The notes below the pieces were generated by a model. That model was not told the DNA's origin, did not search any database, and saw only the letters and a list, made by a program, of their open reading frames with translations. A stretch of DNA of 64,000 nucleotides from Hyphomicrobiales bacterium (GTDB lineage: Bacteria > Pseudomonadota > Alphaproteobacteria > Rhizobiales > NORP267). Each line of letters opens with the position of its first letter. Position 1 is the stretch's first letter. Location: NCBI GenBank assembly GCA_021775855.1, contig JAJFGZ010000059.1:1321-65320 (forward strand). Direction: 5' to 3'. A program made the translations under genes and the position numbers. Below are positions 57,941 through 64,000 of the stretch, piece by piece.

Positions 57941-58215
57941 TTTCTTCTCTCCTTTTGCGCCTCGGAAGGGTGAGGCGATCTCCAAATTTCGCGTCCGGTT
58001 GGTCCGCGTCTGGGTTAGAGATAGTCGGGAGAAACAAGGAAAAAAGAGGCTATCCTGTGCATGTGAGACAGTGTGAAAACGACGTGATCGGGCGCGATGA
58101 AAAGCGAGTTTCAGGGCCCTGAAAAAGTGATCATTGGACGGATTGAAGAGCTATTCCGCCGGTTTTCCACTCACTGGGGAATCACAATTTGCGTGATGAC
58201 GCGCTGTTGGCGATC
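57941..58215 (-). promoter_or_regulatory. Conserved upstream control region of peptide module 2
   Basis: G(T/C)GA boxes at 58063, 58073, 58084, 58094, 58104, 58127; ATCAC-N7-GTGAT at 58181. Confidence 0.7.
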
Positions 58216-58225
58216 AGGTTCGCAA

Positions 58226-58993
58226 TCAGGAAAGCGCGGAAAAGTCCGGGTTTCTTTTTTCAATAAACGCCGAGAATGCTTCGCGCGCCTCTGGTGACGT
58301 GAGCTGCTGGCCAAATATTCTGGCCTCTTCGGCTATAATAGCGTCCATCCTGGCTTGTTCGCCCTTCAACATGCGTTTAGCCATACGCACGGCTTTGGGC
58401 GGCTTTGCGGTGAATTTGTCCGCAACCGTTTTGGCTTCCTCGTGGATTTTGCCGGATTTGACGGTTTTGCTGGCGATACCCAGTTCGACAGCGCGGGCGC
58501 CGGAAAATTCCTCTGCCAGCAAGGTCAGCTCGGCTGCCCGCGTATAGCCCAGAAGACGCGGCAGGAGGCGCGTCGAACCGGCTTCCGGTAACAGGGCGAG
58601 ATTGATGAACGGGAATTGCAGGCGCGCATCCTCGGTGACCAGGACATAATCGCAATGCAGCAGCATAGTCGTGCCGACCCCTACGGAGACCCCTTCGATT
58701 GCTGCGACGATGGGAACTGTCGCGCGGGCAATCGCGGAAATAAACTGGAGCGCAGGGGCTGATTCATCGATGGGCGGTTTTGATAGGAAGTCGTTGACAT
58801 CGTTGCCCGAGGTATAATTCCCGCCGGCACCGTGAAACAGGACCACGCGCACATCCAGGTCCTTTTCGGCGGCCGCCAGCGCCTCCGTCATGGCAGAGTA
58901 CATTTTCAGGGTCAGGGCGTTTTTCTTATCCGGACGGTTGAACCGGATATCCAGAATATGCCCGTCGCGGGTGATGATCACATCGTCTGACAT
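58226..58993 (-). CDS. Enoyl-CoA hydratase/isomerase (crotonase) family
   Basis: NRPDKKNALT, YTSGNDV, GVGTTMLLHCD, PEAGS. Confidence 0.92.
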   Translation of the reverse strand: MSDDVIITRDGHILDIRFNRPDKKNALTLKMYSAMTEALAAAEKDLDVRVVLFHGAGGNYTSGNDVNDFLSKPPIDESAPALQFISAIARATVPIVAAIEGVSVGVGTTMLLHCDYVLVTEDARLQFPFINLALLPEAGSTRLLPRLLGYTRAAELTLLAEEFSGARAVELGIASKTVKSGKIHEEAKTVADKFTAKPPKAVRMAKRMLKGEQARMDAIIAEEARIFGQQLTSPEAREAFSAFIEKRNPDFSALS

Positions 58994-59003
58994 GTTGCAT
59001 CCT

Positions 59004-59525
59004 TTATGCTTGGTTGATGGTCTTTGGCGTGGCGAATTCGATCAGGTCTCCGTCCCCTTGACTGATGTCCGACCACTTGCCCACCGCGAACCGGATCACC
59101 GCTAACCCCGAGGTCGGGTATTTTCTTGACAATCTCTCGACGTCATTTGGCCCGCCGCGGCCGGATAGTTCCAGCGCCAATTGGTGGATGGTCGGGTTGT
59201 GCGCCAACAGCATCGCCGATGTGCTGGTATCCGGCAATTCGCGGATGAGATTGAAATAGGCCTGGACACCCCCGCTATAGAGTTCGTCCGAAAAGCGGAT
59301 GTCGATCTTCTGGTCCCAGTTTTGTCTGGCCAGATCGAGGGTTTGCCGGGTTCTGGCGGCGCTGGAACAAAGGACCGTATCCGGTAGATGACCAGACGAG
59401 CGCATGTAACCCCCCATCGCGCTGGCGTCCTTAATGCCGCGCGGGGCCAGAACGCGATCGCGGTCGGGACCTCCTTCAGACGGCCAGTCAGATTTGGAGT
59501 GACGAAATAGATAGAGGTCAACCAT
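59004..59525 (-). CDS. sixA: Histidine phosphatase SixA family
   Basis: LFRHSKS, CSSAARTRQT, LAHNP, YPTSG. Confidence 0.85.
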   Translation of the reverse strand: MVDLYLFRHSKSDWPSEGGPDRDRVLAPRGIKDASAMGGYMRSSGHLPDTVLCSSAARTRQTLDLARQNWDQKIDIRFSDELYSGGVQAYFNLIRELPDTSTSAMLLAHNPTIHQLALELSGRGGPNDVERLSRKYPTSGLAVIRFAVGKWSDISQGDGDLIEFATPKTINQA

Positions 59526-60458
59526 TCAGCTATTCGTTTCTCCATTCCCGATATCGTCGAGGGTAAAGGGCGTTGATTGATACATTTCGTTGATCCAGTT
59601 GCCGAAAAACAAATGGGCCTGGCTGCGCCAGCGATTGACCGGTGTTGCGTGGTTATCGTCCCCGGGGAAATAATTTGCGGGCATCTGGACGGGGTTTTCG
59701 CTATCCCGATCCCGCCAGAATTCTTCGCCGAGCGTGCTGCTGTCATATTCGATATGGTTGAACATATAGAGATAGCGCCGCTGGGGGTCGTGCACCAGGC
59801 AGAGACCGGCTTCGTCGGATTCCATCAGGATTTCCAGACCCTGGTCCTGGGGTAAATCTTCGGAATGGACTTCTGTCCAGCGCGACACGGGGATCGAGAA
59901 ATTATCGCTGAAACCGCGCAAGAACGGCGACGCCGGGTTGCGGTTACGGTGTCGGTAAACGCCAAAGGATTTTTGCGGCAGGGTGTATTTCGGAACACCG
60001 TGAAAATGCTGTATAGCCGCCTGTGCTCCCCAGCAAATACTCATCGTTGAATGGACATTCTCCTGGGACCAGTCGAGAATCCGGGTCATTTCGTCCCAGT
60101 AAGTCACCTCGGAAAAATCATACAATTCGACCGGTGCGCCCGTGATGATCAGGCCGTCGAACTTTTCATCCCGAATTTCCTCCCACGGCCGGTAAAAGGC
60201 CAGCATGTGTTCCTGCGGGGTGTTCTTGGTCAGGTGATTGGTCATCCTGACCAGGGTCATCTCGACCTGAAGCGGTGTCGCACCGATCAGCCGGGCCATT
60301 TGGGTTTCAGTGCGAATCTTGTCCGGCATCAGGTTCAGGAGGGCGATCCGCATCGGCCGGATGTCCTGTCGCGTAGCGGCATCCTCGGTCAAGACCATGA
60401 CGCCTTCTTCGGCGAGGGTTTCGCGGGCAGGCAGATTATTGGGAATTTTGATCGGCAA
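59526..60458 (-). CDS. metA: Homoserine O-acyltransferase (likely acetyltransferase)
   Basis: QDIRP, LNLMP, ITGAPVE (Glu suggests acetyl-CoA), ICWGAQA, HIEYD. Confidence 0.95.
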   Translation of the reverse strand: MPIKIPNNLPARETLAEEGVMVLTEDAATRQDIRPMRIALLNLMPDKIRTETQMARLIGATPLQVEMTLVRMTNHLTKNTPQEHMLAFYRPWEEIRDEKFDGLIITGAPVELYDFSEVTYWDEMTRILDWSQENVHSTMSICWGAQAAIQHFHGVPKYTLPQKSFGVYRHRNRNPASPFLRGFSDNFSIPVSRWTEVHSEDLPQDQGLEILMESDEAGLCLVHDPQRRYLYMFNHIEYDSSTLGEEFWRDRDSENPVQMPANYFPGDDNHATPVNRWRSQAHLFFGNWINEMYQSTPFTLDDIGNGETNS

Positions 60459-60564
60459 GGCGATGCTCCGGGTTCAAGGATCGAAATCTATGCGTAATTG
60501 AAAATTGCCGCAAGACGGGTTTCGTCATTGCAGTTCCGGCGCCTCGAGGGTAGTTCCTTGAAGA

Positions 60565-61851
60565 ATGAATACCCAATCAGACACTTGGTACGCGGCAACC
60601 GTTGCGGCGAGGACCGTCTATCCCGCATTTGCGGGCCGGGCCGAATTCGACGTTGTTGTTGTTGGCGGCGGGTTTGCGGGGCTGACAATTGCACTCGAAC
60701 TTGCCCGGCGAGGTAAATCGGTCGGGTTATTTGAAGCCCGGGAGATTGCTTGCGGCGCGTCAGGCCGGAATGGCGGGTTTGTTTCAGCCGGGTTTGCTGA
60801 AAGTATCGAAAAAATTGCCGCGCGCGTAGGACCTGAGAACGCACGGTCCCTGATGGGGCTCTCCCTGGAGGGGGTTGAATACGTTCGCTCGGCAATTGCC
60901 GAGTACGGAATGAAGGGGGTGGATCCAGTACCCGGTGGACTGGATGTCCAGCGTTTTGATGACGCACCCGCGATGCAGCAGCGTGTCGAGCGGTCAACAG
61001 AGCAGTTCGGGCGTCCATTGGAATATTGGGATACAGGACAGGTGCGCGAGAAGCTCAAATCCGAGCGGTATTTTCAAGGTGTCTACGACGCCGATGCTTT
61101 TCACATCAATCCATTGAAATATGCGCTTCAACTGGCTGAAGTTACAGAGAAAAAAGGCGTTTCGATCTTTGAAAACAGTCAAGTCGTCTCTGCGCAAAAC
61201 CACGCCGCTGGCTTCGAGATTACTACGTCCCGCGGCACCGCCCGTGCCGGCCAGATTGTGGTTACGGGGAGCGCTTATCTCGGGCGCACGTTCCCGGCTG
61301 TTCGCCGGGCCATCCTGCCAGTTGCGACCCATGTGGTGGTTAGCGCACCGTTTGCCCAAACGCCGGATGACGCAATTAGCTTTGCCGGTGCGGTCTCAGA
61401 CACGAGGCGGGCCGGCGATTACTACCGGCTTTTGCCGGATAGCGGATCGGGGCGGCGTCTCCTGTGGGGCGGAAAGATAACGACCCGCACGGCTCCGCCT
61501 CACAACCTGATTGCTACAACACAGGCTGATATAGCAAATATCTACCCTCAACTCGGTCGCGTCCCGCTGGAGCATGCCTGGTCGGGATTGATGGGGTACG
61601 CGGTCCACAAAATGCCACTTATCGGTGAGATCAGGCCTGGCCTTTGGGTTTGTACCGCTTTCGGCGGTCATGGGCTGAATACAACGGCCATGGGCGGGCT
61701 GGTCGTGGCGCGGGCGATCTGCGGTGAAGATGACCAGGTAAAGTTGCTTGCGCCTTACCACCGGCAGTGGGGTGGTGGTATCTTTGCAAGGATGCTAGTT
61801 CAGGGAGCCTACTGGTTTATGCAGGCCAGGGATCGGCGGGATGAGAACTGA
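60565..61851 (+). CDS. FAD-dependent oxidoreductase (PuuB/OrdL-like)
   Basis: VVGGGFAG, GASGRNGG, LLWGG, AWSGLMG, FGGHG. Confidence 0.9.
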   Translation: MNTQSDTWYAATVAARTVYPAFAGRAEFDVVVVGGGFAGLTIALELARRGKSVGLFEAREIACGASGRNGGFVSAGFAESIEKIAARVGPENARSLMGLSLEGVEYVRSAIAEYGMKGVDPVPGGLDVQRFDDAPAMQQRVERSTEQFGRPLEYWDTGQVREKLKSERYFQGVYDADAFHINPLKYALQLAEVTEKKGVSIFENSQVVSAQNHAAGFEITTSRGTARAGQIVVTGSAYLGRTFPAVRRAILPVATHVVVSAPFAQTPDDAISFAGAVSDTRRAGDYYRLLPDSGSGRRLLWGGKITTRTAPPHNLIATTQADIANIYPQLGRVPLEHAWSGLMGYAVHKMPLIGEIRPGLWVCTAFGGHGLNTTAMGGLVVARAICGEDDQVKLLAPYHRQWGGGIFARMLVQGAYWFMQARDRRDEN

Positions 61852-61955
61852 CAGGGCCCACTGGTAGAGCCTATTGAGGCTGCCGCGCCGGTTTTTGGCC
61901 ATGATTTGGTCACAATTCGACTCCCACTATTTTACACGTGTTTAGAGGGAGGATT

Positions 61956-62915
61956 ATGATGCCTTACAATCTCAAAATTTCGCGAAAATCTCAGCGGGCG
62001 ATCCGTCGGTTTTTGACCGGGTCGGCGATCGCTGCTCTAGCGGTGTCACCAATCACTTTGATGAACTCGCCAGGTTCGGTCGCGCATGGTCAAACGGTTT
62101 TCCAGCGCTCAATTGATAGTATCGATACGGTATCTCGTATTTCTCTGACTAAACTGCTGCATGTAGGTGAAAGGAGCGAAAAATCACATATCACGTATCA
62201 TTCCGATGATGGCGGGGATGGTGAAGATCCGAAAGCAAGGGACGGCGCGGCAACAGATTCGGAAGCTGCTCCGGATGCCGGCGTTGATAAGAGCACCGAT
62301 CCAAAAGATGAGACAGACAAATCAGCGGATGCAGACGGAAACGCAGACTCGGACGCTGAACCAAAGGATGGCGATGGTGATGACAAGGGATCAGCATCTG
62401 ACGTTGAACCGGGTGCAGACGACAGCAAGGGAGCGACTGCTGAAGCTGTGCCAAAAGCTGATGACGAAAAGGACACAACCGCTGAGGCCGCACCACATCC
62501 GGAAAATGGCAAGGGCACGACCACCGATGCCGCGCCAAAGGACGATGACGACAGGGGCGCCGAGAGGGATGCTGCACCAAAGGCTGGCGATGACGGCAAG
62601 GGTGTAGATGCCGACGATGCACCAGCGGCTGAGCATGAGGATAAATCCCCGGCAGATGATGACGCGCCGAAGGCAGATGAAGACAAAGCGCCGGCCGAAG
62701 ATGGCGCGCCAAAGGCTGAGCACGAGGATAAAGACTCAACAGACGATGAAGCTCCAGATGCCGGGCGCGATGACAAGTCGGGTGATACCGGTGAATCTAC
62801 CGAAGAAACTCCCGATGAGGAATCGTCATCGGAGGATACCGGTGGGTCTGTTGACAGTCAGTCCAGCGACGATGGCGCTACCGATGAGAGTGCGGAGGGC
62901 ACAGATTCCGAATAG
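61956..62915 (+). CDS. Secreted, highly acidic low-complexity repeat protein
   Basis: GGAGG RBS; basic N-region plus hydrophobic stretch; D/E/A/K/P-rich ~14-15 aa repeats (DAAPKAxDDK type). Confidence 0.7.
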   Translation: MMPYNLKISRKSQRAIRRFLTGSAIAALAVSPITLMNSPGSVAHGQTVFQRSIDSIDTVSRISLTKLLHVGERSEKSHITYHSDDGGDGEDPKARDGAATDSEAAPDAGVDKSTDPKDETDKSADADGNADSDAEPKDGDGDDKGSASDVEPGADDSKGATAEAVPKADDEKDTTAEAAPHPENGKGTTTDAAPKDDDDRGAERDAAPKAGDDGKGVDADDAPAAEHEDKSPADDDAPKADEDKAPAEDGAPKAEHEDKDSTDDEAPDAGRDDKSGDTGESTEETPDEESSSEDTGGSVDSQSSDDGATDESAEGTDSE

Positions 62916-62962
62916 GGCGTTAACGCCTGACTTTGGTCAGAACCAGGCTGTCCCCGTGAGAG

Positions 62963-63829
62963 TCATTGGTTGTTGTTGCGCCGGTTCATGAATGCCAGGC
63001 GCTCGAAGAGATGAACGTCCTGTTCGTTTTTCAGAAGTGCGCCGTGAAGTGGCGGGATCAGATTGTTGGGATCCCGCTCTCGCAATGTGTTGTCGTCGAT
63101 ATCCTCGTTTAGCAATAGCTTGATCCAATCGAGCAATTCCGATGTCGACGGTTTTTTCTTGATCCCGGGAACGTCGCGAACTTCGTAGAAGACCGACAGG
63201 GCTTCGCGCAACATCCGGTCCTTCAGTTTTGGAAAATGCACATCGACAATGTCGCGCATTGTCTCGTTGTCGGGGAACTTGATGTAGTGGAAAAAGCAGC
63301 GGCGCAGAAATGCATCCGGCAATTCTTTCTCATTGTTGGACGTTATGATAACGATCGGCCGATTGACGGCTTTGATTGTTTCTCCGGTTTCGTAAACGAA
63401 AAATTCCATTCGATCGAGTTCCAGAAGTAGATCGTTGGGAAACTCGATATCGGCCTTGTCGATTTCGTCGATGAGGAGCACGACCCTCTCGTCGGCCGCA
63501 AACGCATCCCACAATTTTCCGCGCTTGATGTAATTGCGGACGTCCTTGACCCGCTCGTCGCCCAACTGGGAATCACGAAGACGGGTCACCGCGTCGTATT
63601 CGTACAGGCCTTGCTGTGCTTTCGTGGTTGACTTGATGTGCCATGTTATCAGTTCGCGACCGAGCGCGCCGGCGATCTCATGGGCCAGCACTGTCTTGCC
63701 GGTTCCCGGTTCGCCTTTGACCAGCAATGGGCGCTCCAGCGTAATGGCGGCATTGACCGCGATGCGCAGATCCTTGGTGGCGATATAATCCTTGGTGCCT
63801 TCAAACTTCATGCCGGTTTCCGTGATCAT
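62963..63829 (-). CDS. MoxR family AAA+ ATPase (CoxD-like)
   Basis: GEPGTGKT, LIDEIDKAD, TSNNEKELPDAFLRRC. Confidence 0.94.
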   Translation of the reverse strand: MITETGMKFEGTKDYIATKDLRIAVNAAITLERPLLVKGEPGTGKTVLAHEIAGALGRELITWHIKSTTKAQQGLYEYDAVTRLRDSQLGDERVKDVRNYIKRGKLWDAFAADERVVLLIDEIDKADIEFPNDLLLELDRMEFFVYETGETIKAVNRPIVIITSNNEKELPDAFLRRCFFHYIKFPDNETMRDIVDVHFPKLKDRMLREALSVFYEVRDVPGIKKKPSTSELLDWIKLLLNEDIDDNTLRERDPNNLIPPLHGALLKNEQDVHLFERLAFMNRRNNNQ

Positions 63830-64000
63830 GTTGTCTCAAAGTCCGCAACCTACAGGCGGTTCGCGGCAATCGCAATACGGTGCAGTTGAAGATCATGGTC
63901 TGGGCAAAAATTGCCGGTGGTCACGCCCTTGTTGCCGGGCTGTGGGCAAATATCTGCTACAAGAAACCTCTAACTATTTGATAAAAAACAGATAAATATC

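Noticed and set aside
57551-58037. 140 aa (+) and 106 aa (-) ORFs over peptide module 2
   Set aside because: No equivalent in module 1; the short signal-peptide ORFs have RBSs and paralogs
60459-60564. Possible SAM riboswitch upstream of metA
   Set aside because: No SAM-II or SAM-SAH consensus recognisable
62191-62776. Ser/Ala-rich and His/Arg-rich minus-strand ORFs
   Set aside because: Antisense shadows of the acidic repeat gene

Overview
64 kb of a GC-rich alphaproteobacterial (probably Hyphomicrobiales-like) chromosome, annotated by eye from motifs and remembered family sequences; no searches were run. Content in order: a CYP199A-like P450 with an atypical SHMT-fold enzyme; a GAF-PAS histidine kinase with three receiver proteins (one damaged); a phenylacetate cluster (paaI-K-X plus a FAD monooxygenase / paaG, paaABCDE, paaJ) with PaaX-type operators; a small accessory hot spot (VOC/HxlR cassette between hairpin repeats, and a FAD oxidoreductase between a duplicated Lrp/AsnC gene end); a TPP riboswitch with thiMED; a sulfate assimilation operon with a degenerate cysG; and MMPL transporter, mandelate racemase-like, nnrS, cheZ-like, GPR/RgsE-like, Hpt, ferredoxin/FNR, stcD-like, ycjXF, VWA/MoxR and metA genes. 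The strongest candidate for an undescribed system is a tandemly duplicated ~0.89 kb module at 56.6-58.2 kb. Each copy encodes two 58-59 aa secreted peptides, behind a conserved upstream region with helically phased G(T/C)GA boxes and a conserved pre-RBS hairpin, and ends in its own terminator. No tRNA, rRNA, CRISPR array, integrase or transposase was recognised.
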